From the IMG/VR virus record IMGVR_UViG_2799112330_000002, positions 160,001-224,000 of that record: a stretch of 64,000 nt of DNA; one strand, written 5' to 3'. Both the position numbers and the translations under genes were made by a program. Shown here piece after piece: positions 20,101-30,700 of the stretch (positions are counted from its first letter, which is position 1; each line of letters begins with the position of its first letter). The notes under the pieces were generated by a model. It searched no databases. It saw only the letters and a program-made list of their open reading frames with translations, and was not told where the DNA came from. This DNA is from a virus. Lineage: Duplodnaviria > Heunggongvirae > Uroviricota > Caudoviricetes.

Positions 20101-22704
20101 ATGTATAGCATACATATCTCCATTAGCACTAAAATTAGGTAAATAAAAGTTTTTATCAGCAGTTGTTGCTTGAGAATATATATTTGTATAATGATTATTT
20201 GTACTATATAATCTTATATTACCTCTTGCATTATGTGCACCACCATCAGTTGTGTTTGTTCTATCAACAAATGATATATTATTTCCTAATTCAAGTGTTG
20301 CAATACCTATAGCTCCATTTGTGCCTGGAGTAACAATATTATTATCATCATCTAATACATTTACAGTTGTTTTTGTACCAAGTTGCTGAATATAAAACTT
20401 GGCATATTTTGAATTGTAGGAATACAAATGAAATCCGTATTGTCCTCCTAAGGCATTGGTGTTAAGACCTTGAGGAATATTTATTAATACTGAAGTAGCT
20501 CCTTCAATATGACTACTTGAATATAAGACATTATCAGAGACAAGTCTTGGGCGTATAGTTCTATTATTATATATAAGTGTTCCAATGGAATTTCCTGTAA
20601 CACCAGTAAATGTAATTCTTCCAGCAGAATCATTTATTAATCTTGCAGAATAATTACCTTTATTTACATTATTATATAGAAAATCAATATATGGAGTTAC
20701 ATATGATAGTTCAATTCTACCAGTTCCAATATATGTTCCCTGTACAGCACCATTTGTAGTAATTTCTCCAGTAGTAGCATTTCCAGTAACATTAAATCCG
20801 GTACTGCCAACTAATATTCCAGTACTATAATAAGAAAATGACCATCTATTAGCTGACGTTCCTAATGTATAAGCATCATTTACTGCAGGATATACATTTC
20901 CTTTTATACTCCAATGATTAGATATATTACTAATAAAAGCATCTCCATTATTAGAACCATTTTTTGTTATAAATAAATTACCATTATTATTTCCAATAAA
21001 CCAACTTGTTGTCGAAGTTCCAATATTGCCTATATTATCATTACCACATAAAAGTATTGTTGCCCAATTATTAATCATATGTAAACGGATTCCTTGATTA
21101 TAATTATTTGCTTGAGCTGTTGGAAATATATTTAATGAACCGTTATTTGTAAAATATGCTATTTTTTTAGCTCCAGTAGCAGTATAGAAATAAAATTGAT
21201 CTAAATCATCCGTACCTACAGACCAATTCTTATTATTATTTGATGAATAATTAATACATGCATAAGGTTTATTTGTATCTACAGACTTAATACCTAATAT
21301 ATCTCCATTACCATTTATTTGTAATTTTTTAATATTAGGATTCCATGTCAAATAACTATGCGTTTTATATAATTGATTACTTTGTGCATTATTAGTGTTT
21401 GCTTCATTAGACCACACTATTGGATAATTGGTATTTAATGAATAACTATTAGTTACAATAACATTGGTTACATTATCTGCTGTTCCTTTTAGCCAGCCTT
21501 GAAAATAAGTAGCATATGCTGTAGCAGTTGCTGGATTAACTGTAATACCTGAATTTCTACCAACATAATTAGCAGTATTATTTGGAGATTCTGAATATGT
21601 AAATAATAATTGATATGTTGATTTATTTCCTGTTCTTTCATATTGAATGACCTTTTCATCAGTATTGGCATCTGTAACTGTATCCCAAACAAATTTACTT
21701 CCATCATATTTAAGATATGTATTAGAAGATGGCGCATCAATAAATTTAGTTATATTAGGGGCTGATTGGTAAGCTATCTTATTTGCATCACCACCAGCTA
21801 TATTTGTAGCTTTACTTGCAGTAGTAGCAGTGTTTGCACTATTTGCACTATTTGCATGATTAGCACTATTAGCATTATTTGCATTAATAGCATAAGGTAC
21901 AGTTACATTAGAACTTTTTATTGTATAATTACCAATTTGAATATATGAATAAACACTATTGCCTGATATCCCAATATAAGATGTTTGTAATAAATTACTG
22001 GCATGAAATCCATCTAACTTATCAGCATTATCAGCATTAGTAGCATGATTAGCATTATTTGCATCAGTAGCATAAGGTACAGTTACATTAGAACTTTTTA
22101 TTCCTGCTCCATTACCAATTTTAACATATGAATAAATACTATTACCTGATACACCAATATAAGATGTTTGTAATAAATTACTGGCATGAAATCCATCTAA
22201 CTTATCAGCATTATCAGCATTAGTAGCATAATTAGCGCTATTTGCATTACCAGCATAAGGTACAGTTATATTAGAACTTTTTATTGTCTTATTACCAATT
22301 TGAATATATGAATAAACATTATTGCCTGACACACCAATATAAGATGTTTGTAATAAAGTATTGGCATGAAATCCATCTACTGTATCAGCATCAGTAGCAT
22401 AAGGTACAGTTATATTACTACTCCTTCCTGCCCCATTGCCAATTTGAACATATGAATAAATATTATTACCTGACACGCCAATATAAGATGTTTGTAATAA
22501 AGTATTGGCGTGAAATCCATCTAACTTATCCGCATTATCAGCATTAATAGCAAACAATGCTTGATTAGCAGTATTAGCACTATTGGCACTATTTACATTT
22601 AGTAAACTTTCTTTTTTATAACCTCCTCCTCCTAACAAAACATAGGAATTATTTGCACCTCCCGGTATACCACCATGATAAGAACCATCTTTGAATTTTC
22701 CCAT
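14107..22704 (-). CDS. long tail fibre protein with C-terminal Peptidase_S74 intramolecular chaperone
   Basis: 2865 aa rich in Asn/Thr/Gly/Ala; ADKLDGFHA and NATNA fibre repeats; ELSxxTPYIDF modules; C-terminal SDKKLKKNI...GFIAQEL...VNY plus coiled coil. Confidence 0.9.
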   Translation of the reverse strand: MGKFKDGSYHGGIPGGANNSYVLLGGGGYKKESLLNVNSANSANTANQALFAINADNADKLDGFHANTLLQTSYIGVSGNNIYSYVQIGNGAGRSSNITVPYATDADTVDGFHANTLLQTSYIGVSGNNVYSYIQIGNKTIKSSNITVPYAGNANSANYATNADNADKLDGFHASNLLQTSYIGVSGNSIYSYVKIGNGAGIKSSNVTVPYATDANNANHATNADNADKLDGFHASNLLQTSYIGISGNSVYSYIQIGNYTIKSSNVTVPYAINANNANSANHANSANSANTATTASKATNIAGGDANKIAYQSAPNITKFIDAPSSNTYLKYDGSKFVWDTVTDANTDEKVIQYERTGNKSTYQLLFTYSESPNNTANYVGRNSGITVNPATATAYATYFQGWLKGTADNVTNVIVTNSYSLNTNYPIVWSNEANTNNAQSNQLYKTHSYLTWNPNIKKLQINGNGDILGIKSVDTNKPYACINYSSNNNKNWSVGTDDLDQFYFYTATGAKKIAYFTNNGSLNIFPTAQANNYNQGIRLHMINNWATILLCGNDNIGNIGTSTTSWFIGNNNGNLFITKNGSNNGDAFISNISNHWSIKGNVYPAVNDAYTLGTSANRWSFSYYSTGILVGSTGFNVTGNATTGEITTNGAVQGTYIGTGRIELSYVTPYIDFLYNNVNKGNYSARLINDSAGRITFTGVTGNSIGTLIYNNRTIRPRLVSDNVLYSSSHIEGATSVLINIPQGLNTNALGGQYGFHLYSYNSKYAKFYIQQLGTKTTVNVLDDDNNIVTPGTNGAIGIATLELGNNISFVDRTNTTDGGAHNARGNIRLYSTNNHYTNIYSQATTADKNFYLPNFSANGDMYAIHGPNNNIIGATNRPIYVAENGRATQISYIINSTINNSASANRIAFYSAVNAISPGTGIFTNGSTININGTAVPAQSGKFQVQGLSVFQNITAQTNDAYTIGLTNFRFKSGFFTTSLLVGATNYTATNSAAKGTFINIGSIELSHDTPYIDFHYAYTGLDFSARIINNYKGRLTITGATNTNHDDYEYASRTIKPRLYIDGTTFSPNTFETSSWFLSNMGTVNTSGFVVYGKNNQYGKMTISVLGTASTASKKGTVGEGLLELGNNIVNVETANVSNDNTPVQNGFNNARGVLRLYGTTANYTNVIQYNVGYNKTFYLPSFNADMYAVHAGNNNALGNAFTPIYLSPYGRVAQCTAYAGGTNVTLNGAAKSGTTIIAYAPIVSGTVGQILKSEGPNKAPTWITPTDNNTWRNITVNGTAWKGTATDTGAMNVKNGTSITVSSSNNDLTISHNTLFSGTKASGFYKISYDTQGHIMGSTNVTASDITGLSPYGAEKGITLASNKFGHTNNITAGTAAGSATATLSFGGTFTIPTITYDANGHITSWSTRTMTMPSDSNTDTKVIQTSTTYNYAMPILVRKTANGTSGTADTTYYNTNVKINPATATAYATCFQGALKGNADTATKLGTANKGSATKGIYLAAGVPTEMTYELKSGVATGTATYLTYYKTLNSIEKIPSLWMDETILNGTFKGDLTGTSTFAKYLIYGNGYDGGAGVTNPYHLMAEAKIENNTSTRNITATFLVSGYYERARGILYVQARVESGASTINTSTTHAKWIVKDLHLTPDDFILTTKVTANSLICKLYYKVPAKWYHARIRLLDSGSWAAHSDNWNLFTSSSNTVDNTYIFTTIPADETQFVSEDVTTSLNATNATNVIVNHNITSNTNYPIVWANTRTQTTSTANQLYKSFDYFTWNPGSKTLAVVGITNTNYLGVSYTNLGTTNEGLLTFTPNKVAINFRPGNANYNSKIEYMTNGNEALVFANKNAITSFIFKCGNDLTDSSNWYSSAIEVPTVQMKKQSLYVNTAIDTGTTPSYNLYVTGTSHVEGTSYALSVGDNHTVVYPNAHYFKGPNSGSGAIAIKLPITGYKQATMMKFTVEIYNYVTSRSSTYHINGYVYTDGLWKNTSVYSLRDDLNDYGNLTVRFGHDSGGTRNIVWIGETNTAWSYVRVWLKDIHVGHGGDDYDKWNNGWEIGLETTLSGTVEITKENPAVNYNAANATNATKLSLYEDRYSTTDINKTTLGDGSIISFKVTSSTTSNKPLSDGHILHFNWDNNAGWDAQLFLPTSANASGRMMQIRGQSSGTWGVWKTVFDNYNSITPAINNTYNIGSSTLKWKNVYAYTGIFGGNATQWPIQITRAYNDSVNFRIGSAATSGNESLDMRISNNTSGGGDEVYIDLVNAGQGVSINPKLGVGIRVPAETLDVNGNSYIRGALYLDTQYHKTSYGIHFYNRAYNTWIEYMSNKDKSPGGAAHPAGTVVTSWAMRSIIENAAGYGWIWESSANAAGSAISNMMELSSNTGNLWVKGSITAPSFLGTATTATKLGTASVGNSVQPIYLSSGVPTVTKLYSVVYNSTAAADDYYKIADINLTGTNYRWIKLHVSCGRQSTISGILYVQCNSSSNQYAASAIKFHALSSGLPLDNFKLLYFNGSDSVTFEVWAKLTGRYNSLAFKFIDGGSWGGNGYNYFNLYSSTSAGATALPTTTTIGSNTVNLTGTLNCTLDALASSATSATNAVNATNATNATNATNISGGAKNQLLYQTGAGATGFITAPAKNDANSSYMLSYTAGTFAWIPPKVKQWQTTGNYNYPMLFKYTTATATITDETRFCSSIKANPSTGTITANYFNGLASEADQIYIITASSSTQYYLLGSTSQGSSSGTILSIYAGAPYFKGNDVYSASDKKLKKNIKPISDEFINNIFSSYSNIVKEFDWISSNKHATGFIAQELSYVIPEAVDYSYESYTYSVNYNSALSKLVGALIEKVKEQDKKISYLETLIYGNNR
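21890..22545 (-). repeat. four ~50-60 aa coding repeats in the tail fibre N-terminus
   Basis: AD(K/T)(L/V)DGFHAxxLLQTSYIGxSGNxxYSYxxIGN..SSNxTVPYA x4, nearly identical at the DNA level. Confidence 0.9.
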
Positions 22705-22737
22705 ATATTAAATGTAAAAATAATAAAATTATATATA

Positions 22738-22748
22738 ATTAAAAATAA
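22738..22748 (-). promoter_or_regulatory. putative late promoter motif TTATTTTTAAT (one of about 10 copies)
   Basis: Same motif about 25-60 nt upstream of structural genes at 6287(+), 33081(-), 39892(-), 43104(-), 55609(-), 62760(-); near-copies at 2283(-), 2297(+), 49707(+), 58697(-). Confidence 0.7.
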
Positions 22749-22823
22749 AATTCAGTTTTCTATTTAACTATATTTATATATAAAGATAAATAAAGATAAA
22801 TATATTTTAATAGATATTAACGT

Positions 22824-23594
22824 ATGAAAATCTACAATTCATTTGGTATTAAACCAACAAATACTTATGTGTCAGCAGGTTCTGACTATTATATCCCAAA
22901 TATCAAGACAGAAGAGCAAAAAGAAAGAGCATTGAAAGCGTTTGAAAAGTCTTATAAGAAAACAACAGATGAAATTAATGAAATATATGATGTTATTTAT
23001 AAGGCAATTGAAGATACACATATAGATCAATCTCAAGTAACTAATCTTGTTCATCTTTATTTAGCATTCTATAATCCAGTAATTGAAGCACTTGATAAAC
23101 TAGAAGACAATATTGATTATTTTATTAAACAGCATGTTCTTTATGATGAAAAGAAAAAAGTAGTAGGATTGAAAATGGATCTTAATGATACTTTGTTTAT
23201 CAATTCAGGAATTAAGATTGCTTTAGATACTGTTCTTAGTGATCATGTAGCTCCTAATAGTTCAGCAACAGTAAATGATTTGAGATTGCTTGGTATTGGT
23301 ATTGCTGGTCTTTATGTAAACAAATCAGGAAAGGGAAATGCTGGATTTGATGTACGTAGCTGCTTGGTGGATGAAGATTATTCTGGATTTGTTCATTTAT
23401 CAATGGCTTATACAAAAGATTTAATCACACAAGGAGAAAACTATATATATTGTGGAGATAAATTAGTTCAAATGATGCTTATTCCAGTTTTCCATACTCA
23501 ATATGAAGAAATTGATGAGAATGAATATAATAAAATAATGAGTGAATCGGAAAGAGGAGATGGTGGATTTGGTAGTTCAGATATCAAGCATTAA
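22824..23594 (+). CDS. dut: trimeric dUTPase with a large insertion
   Basis: Motifs I (SAGSDY), II (NKSG), III (LVDEDYSG), IV (GDKLVQ) and V (RGDGGFGSS). Confidence 0.9.
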   Translation: MKIYNSFGIKPTNTYVSAGSDYYIPNIKTEEQKERALKAFEKSYKKTTDEINEIYDVIYKAIEDTHIDQSQVTNLVHLYLAFYNPVIEALDKLEDNIDYFIKQHVLYDEKKKVVGLKMDLNDTLFINSGIKIALDTVLSDHVAPNSSATVNDLRLLGIGIAGLYVNKSGKGNAGFDVRSCLVDEDYSGFVHLSMAYTKDLITQGENYIYCGDKLVQMMLIPVFHTQYEEIDENEYNKIMSESERGDGGFGSSDIKH

Positions 23595-23623
23595 ATTATT
23601 TTAAGTTTTTTCTTAATATTTAA

Positions 23624-23652
23624 TTGAAATAATCTTAATATGTTACTATATT
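23624..23652 (+). promoter_or_regulatory. putative early/middle promoter TTGAAA-N17-TATATT
   Basis: Related copies: 33111-33138 (N16), 43159-43188 (N18), 48948-48975 (N16), 52455-52484 (N18). Confidence 0.65.
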
Positions 23653-23678
23653 GATATTGTAATTAAAATATTAAGATT

Positions 23679-24050
23679 ATGAAAGTTCTTTTTATTAATG
23701 TATTTCGGCCAGCTGATTTCCCAGATTGTACAAACAATGGTCTTTCGGCAAGAGTAAGTAATGCAGAATTGTTTATGGATTGCTCGCATTCTGAAGCAAT
23801 TGAATGGTGTAAAGAACATCATAAGGATCCAGCCAAACAGTTTATTTTAATTAATAGAAGTCTTTGGGGAGAAGATCATTCTTATGCTGAACCGTTGATC
23901 AAGCCTTCAAATAGGATGCAAGTCTTTGGTGGTAATTTCCTTTATACATCAGATTCAAGAATGTACAAGACAGGAGGAGTAGCTAAATTGCCAATTCCCA
24001 TTCATGACAGATTTGAGACTTATGAAGAATTCGATGCATTAAGTAGATAG
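23679..24050 (+). CDS. hypothetical phage protein
   Basis: DCTNNGLS...FGGNFLYTSDSR...PIPIHDRFE; has its own promoter and terminator. Confidence 0.7.
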   Translation: MKVLFINVFRPADFPDCTNNGLSARVSNAELFMDCSHSEAIEWCKEHHKDPAKQFILINRSLWGEDHSYAEPLIKPSNRMQVFGGNFLYTSDSRMYKTGGVAKLPIPIHDRFETYEEFDALSR

Positions 24051-24061
24051 ACATATATACA

Positions 24062-24097
24062 ACAGAAAAGAAGAAGCTAGTCTTCTTCTTTTTCTGT
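24062..24097. terminator. bidirectional terminator
   Basis: ACAGAAAAGAAGAAG-CTAGT-CTTCTTCTTTTTCTGT between convergent genes. Confidence 0.7.
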
Positions 24098-24703
24098 GTC
24101 TATAAATACAAAATCTAGATTTGAATATTTTATTTCTACTTTGAATGTTTGTGATTGTGCTAATGGAACATTATAGTTAAGATCTAGCATATCTATACCA
24201 TTTATTACAGGATCATATACAATTATTTTTGAGTATATTTCTCCAATATTGTTGAATATATTTATAGATATCTGATCAGGCATTTCTTTATATTCTGTAT
24301 CTCTTGAATATTGATAGAAGAAGTTTTCAAACATCAAGAAATAGTTCACATACCCAAGTGTATGCCTGAATATGATGTTCAATGTCTTGTCAATTAAAGC
24401 TATAGGGTTCTTTTCTGCTCTATATGTGTATTCTGAAGATGTATGCATGAATTGATTTGGCTTCTTTCTCCATTCTTTTCTAATAGGCTCTCCAGTACCA
24501 GTCTGTTGCTGTTGTACTGTTCCTTCATTAAACCCTAATATTTGCACTGATTGAATGGTCTCATTAAGAAAATCAATAGGTCTATATAGATAACTTTTGT
24601 TCTTACTAATGATCTTACTATACTTTTCATTCAATTCTGGTGCTATGAAATTATCTGGTAACTTCAATTCAAAAAGATCTTGTCTTCCGGGTAATGTAAA
24701 CAT
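24077..24703 (-). CDS. tail tube / tube-initiator-like protein (gp19/gp54-like)
   Basis: Directly downstream of the tape measure; TIQSVQILG...LNIIFRH...LDLNY...FKVEIKY tube-like beta pattern. Confidence 0.5.
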   Translation of the reverse strand: MFTLPGRQDLFELKLPDNFIAPELNEKYSKIISKNKSYLYRPIDFLNETIQSVQILGFNEGTVQQQQTGTGEPIRKEWRKKPNQFMHTSSEYTYRAEKNPIALIDKTLNIIFRHTLGYVNYFLMFENFFYQYSRDTEYKEMPDQISINIFNNIGEIYSKIIVYDPVINGIDMLDLNYNVPLAQSQTFKVEIKYSNLDFVFIDTEKEED

Positions 24704-24735
24704 ATTTTATTATATTATCTTCTTATATTTATATT

Positions 24736-27700
24736 TTAGTGTTTGCCCTGGCCATTTGCTTTATTTTTAATATTGTACTTATTTGCATCTTGTGCTTGTT
24801 TCGCGCTATCAGGGGTTGTTCCACCTTGTCCGTTTGGGTTATTTGGAGGAACTACCTTAATTGGATTACCTGGTGTGCTTCCTCCTGTATCTCCTCCTTC
24901 ATCTCCATTATCAGGGTTTGGTGTATCATCAGGTGCTTGTGATTTGACCACAATATTCAATGGTTGCTGTATAAGTGTTTGAACATTCTTGATAGCTTCT
25001 GTAATCTTGCTATGACGACGGATTTGGATTTCATCTGCCTTATTAATTGTTTCTTTAGATTCTTCAAGTCTATTTGCAAGTTCATTCAATACATAACTTA
25101 ATCTATTAGCTAATGCATCTGTCAAATTATCTAAGTTACCCATCTTCTTAGCAAGTTCATTCAATTCTCTTACTAATTGAGTTAAAGCATTTGTTCTTCG
25201 AAGATCTATACTATTTATAGTCTTTACATATTTTGCTAATAGATCAGTATTTGCTTTGAATGTATTAGTGCTCTTTTGACTAGACATTGAACTGTATATT
25301 TGTTCAATTGATATTCTCAATGTAGATGCATTCATCAATGCCATTGGATTGAATCTAATTACAGTATCAATATATTTTCCTAATGATTCACTAACAATAT
25401 CTAGATTTGTCTTGCCCCATGATGTCTCTATATCTATGTCAAATACCTTTGCTAAATTTGTTAAGTTTTGTTGTAATGCAGATATAATGGTTGGTTCTAT
25501 TTTCTTAGAATTTTCCATTGTTACCACTATTTGGTCAATTGCTGCTTTAAAATTATTTATAGAGTCAATTGTATTTTTATTGACCGATAACTTAATACCA
25601 GTCAACAATGTATTTAATGTAGCATTAACAGTATTAATATCTATCAATACATTCTTTAATAATGAATTATCTGCCTCCCATGTTCTAAATAATGTCAATA
25701 TTGGATCATAGAATTTTTCTAATATGTCAGTTATGATATTGGTTCCCTTTTTATTATCTTTAATGTAATTAATCTTTGCCAAATCAATCTTCCCAGTATA
25801 AGAATCAATTATTTCTGCAGATATATCAATTATTTCTTGTACAGTATCAGCAACATCTTGTAAAGAATTGACTATTATTTGATTGCTTTCTTCATTTTGC
25901 TTACGAACATTTTCATTATATAGTTGTTTAATTGTTTGATCTGCTGATTGTCCAGATATAAGATCTTGTAGTTTTACAAATGAAATGAAAATATCATGTA
26001 TATCAGCAAATAGTCCTATTGTAGATTCAATATTTGCTTTTGATTGTTGTTTATATTTGAATAACTGAGATATAACATCTGTATTTTCAAGTATTGGTTT
26101 GAAACTATTGATGACTGACTTTATTGTTGTTGTTATTTCAGTAATTGCTGACTGTATTTGAGCAGATGTATTTATAAGATTCTTTAATGTGACATCATCA
26201 ATTGCTATTGCCTTTTCATTCTTTGCGGTATCTTCATCAAATATTGTCAATAGACTTGATATTATGTGTCTTGCTTTTGATTTTGCTTGTGTTATTTGAT
26301 CTTCTTTAAATGAAATATATCCTTTAGCATTTCCATCTTTGTCATAGCCATTAGCAATCTTCATTTCTGCTATTTCTTTTAATGTGTTTGCAGATTTTTT
26401 GATGATTTTGTTGATTGAATCATTTACATGAAGTATGCCTGGTAATTTTTGATCAATTTGTTGCTTTTGTAAAGTATCGTATGATGATATTAAGCTTTTT
26501 CCTATAGAAGTTATCATATCAGGAATTGTTTTCTTAATATTGTCAATAACAGTTTTGATATTTATCTTTTCATATTCTATGACTTGGCCCTGATCATTTA
26601 TTTTCTTAGGTATTTGGGCTGTTCCAATCTTTACAACAGAATCAACAATATTTGCAACTATTTTAGTAATACCAGATATTGAAGAAACAGCTTGACCAAA
26701 TAATGAGTCTTTACCTTCTTTGAACAAATGCGGGTTCTTTTCTACAACACCTATTAATGTAGTTGATACTGAAGTAACTATTTGTTTTATTGTTGTTGAT
26801 AAAGCTGTTTGTATTTCAGTCATATTAAGTTTTTCCCATTTATCTGGTTGACCAGTCTTAGGATCATAATGAGATGGAACTAATGCATTAGCAATCTTTA
26901 CAATTGCATCGGTAGTATTACTTACAATCTTAGATATACCACTAACAGAATCAACAACTTCCTTAAGATTACCTGTTGGTTGATTATCAGCAGTAAATAA
27001 GAATTGCTTATATGGATTTTTACTAAATGTATCTACTAATGCTTTTCCGATACCAATTGCAATTGCAGCAACATTAATAGCAGCATTTTTGTAATCATCC
27101 TCTTTCATTTCTCTGAATTCAATTGGCTTACCTGTCTTAGGATCCCATTTATAAGGTATTTGATTATTTGCTAACTTTATTATTCCATCAGCCATTCCTG
27201 AAACAAGTTCATTAACTGGCATAATAGATTCTAATACAGTCTTCATTGTACCATCAGTAAATCTTTCATCACCAGCATATTTTACTAATGAATCTAATAT
27301 GCTTGTAATGATAGAACCAATAGCTTCTCCTGATGCTCTAAAATCTTCCGGTGTTACATCAACATAACTAATTGGATGTCCTTTATCATCCCAATCATTA
27401 GGAACTTGTAGTTTTGCTATATCTTTTATTCCCTTACCGACATTTGCTATTAGTTCAGATACTTTGAATGATGTTTCTACAACTGTTCCTATTTTTGAAT
27501 TTTTCTTTCCTATTCCAAATACACCATCATTACCATCAAATAATGAGCCTACTGTTATGCCATCTTCTCCATCAATTGGTTTATAATATAGGTTAGCTAA
27601 TGAAGAAATAACTGCAGTCAATATATTTCCTACGCTTTTGCCCATATCATTAAAATCATTACTATTTAATGTTTTATATTCAGTTGGGTGTCCCTTATCA

Positions 27701-30700
27701 TCCCAATCTATAGGAATTTGTAGTTTTGCAATATCTTTGATGCCTTGTCCAACATTTCCAATTAATTCAGAAATTCTAAATGACAAATCAATAACTTGAG
27801 ATATCTTTGATTTTGTAGCACCTAATCCAAATAATCCATTAGAATCTCCAGCAAGTAAATTATCCCATTCTGCTTTTGATATACCTGAATTATTATCATT
27901 CAAAAATTCACCACTGGCAATCTTTCCTAATGTAGTAAACATTGTTGTGAGTACTGTTGTAATGTTTGTTCCTGCATCAGTAAAATCTTTTTTCCTTAAT
28001 TGTCTAAATGATATTGGTTTTCCTTGATCATTCCATTCAATAGGTATTTGTAGTTGAGCAATATTTCCAACAGCTTCACCAACAGAACTTATTACTTTAC
28101 TAACCTTCATTGACAAATTCATTATTCTAGATAATGGATCTTCACCAATCAATCCTAATACAAATGAATTTGCAAAACTAAATCCAGAACCTTCTAATTC
28201 AGTATAAACCTTATTAAGTTCTTTAACCATTGTTGTCAATATTGTTCCAACATGCTGACCAGCTAAATCAAAATCAGTTTCTCGTAATTGTCTATATCTA
28301 ACAATATTTCCTTTTTCATCCCATTCAGCTGGGATTTGAAGTTTTGCTATTTCATAAATTGATTTTCCAACTGTTCCTGTGATATATGCTATCTTTCTTG
28401 ATATTGACATTAAGTAAAGAAGTTTCATTTCCATCTTACCTGCACCAACAACTTTACCAATTGCTTTTCCAATCCAATTATTACCAACAGCATTAGCAAT
28501 TTCGCTATCTGATGGCATTGAGACTTTATTTGGAATATTCATGAAGTTTTCAATATTTGAAGATATTGTATCTATTCCAGATTTTAGATCAATGTTTTGT
28601 ATTGACTTAACTGCTTCTGCCATCATTGAGACAGTATCTGTTATTCCTCTTATAGTTCTTCTAATAGGTATTACACTAAATGCGGTTGCTACAGCAATAG
28701 GAGCAATTTTAGATATTCCTTCAAACAATTTGAGCATTGAACCAGCCTTAGGATCTTTATTTGTAACAGTCAAAGACAATTTATTGATACTATCTGTTAT
28801 AGTATTTCCATGTTTCTTCATGATGTCATTAACATAAGCAATAGAACTACCATAGATGAACAGTATTTCACCCATAGCTATTAATGTAGCTCCACCTGCC
28901 GCAACTGGAATACCGATTAATGGATTTGCTACAAGTGAACCAATTGCCCAGAAGAATGCCCCATAAGCTCCAACAGAAGCAACAAATAAAGCCATGTTAG
29001 CAAAAAATTCTCCAAAACTTATTTCATTGAAAAGACTATTTAGATAGAATAATGAACTGCCATATATTGCAAGAGTGAGACTCATAAGAATAAGTATACC
29101 ATTAGCAAGTAGCATATCTGTTTTGTCTATGCCTTTAGCTGCTAATGACATTAATTTAAGTGTACCAACCATTATAAGTTCCATAAGGCCAACCTTAGCA
29201 ACCGTATCAAATCCTATTTTCATTTGATCAATCAACCAAACTACTCCGCTAAATACTCCTAATGATAGACTTATTTCGCCAATTATTATTGATGCTTCTC
29301 TAACTTCCTTTTCTTTTAATGATATCTTAGATTTTCCTGTTAACAACTCATAGAATTTACCTAAAGCAAACATTAATGCTGTCATGACTGCAACTTTTAC
29401 AAGAACCAATGCTTCTGTAGGATCCTCAAATGGGAACATCTCATCAATAGCTTTTACAACACCAGCAAATATAAGTAATGATCCAGATATGAGAGCTAAT
29501 GTTTTTGCTCCTTCTTGTACATCCTTCTGGTGTTCATCAAGTGTCTTCATTATAGCTATTATTGACCATGTAAATCCTGCTAATAAAGCAGCATAGCCAC
29601 CAACAACTAATGGTCCATATTGACTCATAAATGTCGCACCACTTAAGATGATGAAATGCATAGCACCAACAAATAGCATGAATCCCATAAGTCCTGATCC
29701 CTTGGTTGCTGAAGTAAGAGATCCCGCTATGCCACCTTTACTTATTCCCATTACAGATAAAGTCTTGATTGCCTGAATAGCAGCAATTGGAATTAGCATC
29801 ATATCAACAAAGGCAGTAATAAGACCAGCATAAAGAATTGCAGATCCCCAGGCATTAGCAGTCTTCATATATGCTGTACCTGTCAATAGAATACCATGCA
29901 TTACTGCAACAAACAAGGAGAATGGTTTAAGACTATCTAAAGCCCTTTTATCAAAACCATCTGTTATTCTTTTAGAAGCTAATCCCATACCAGCAATAAA
30001 TCCATCAAATACTGCCGCGTATTCAGCACCAGCTAGTACTCCGTATTTCTTTGTAAACAATATACCTGTTGTCAATATACCATGCATTGTTGCTAAGAAT
30101 ATTGAGAACGGTTTGAGACTATCTAATGTTTTCTTGTTAAATAATTCAATAATTGTTTCGGATACTTTACCCATGTATTTAATGAATCCTAACAATACAG
30201 TAGCATATTCAATAGCAGCCAATGCTCCAAATTTCTTTATGAATGTTGCCCCCATTACTAAGCATCCTGTACAAACAGCAAGGAATAGACTAAATTGCTC
30301 CATTTGAGCTGCAGTAGAAGATTTAAGTAATGAATTGATTGGCTTTGTTGCAGCAATAACACCAACAATAAATAATGCTAATAGTTTTGTATAGTCTAAA
30401 GCATATTTTGCCATCATGCCGTTCTTCATTGACATAAACAATGACCCTACTAATAGGCATGTTGTAGTGGTGAACATAAATAATGCAAATGTCTTTAATG
30501 ATGCTAATGCCGTTCCCTTTACAAGATTAAACAATAAGAATGGAGCAATTACACCAGCTTCAAATAGCATCAATAATCCTGTAAATTCTAATGCCGCTTT
30601 AACATATTTGCCTCCCTTCAATTCCATGAACAAAGCACCAACTAGTAAAATGATTGTACAAGATACAATTACAGAATTAAATGCTTTAAGACCACTGAAT

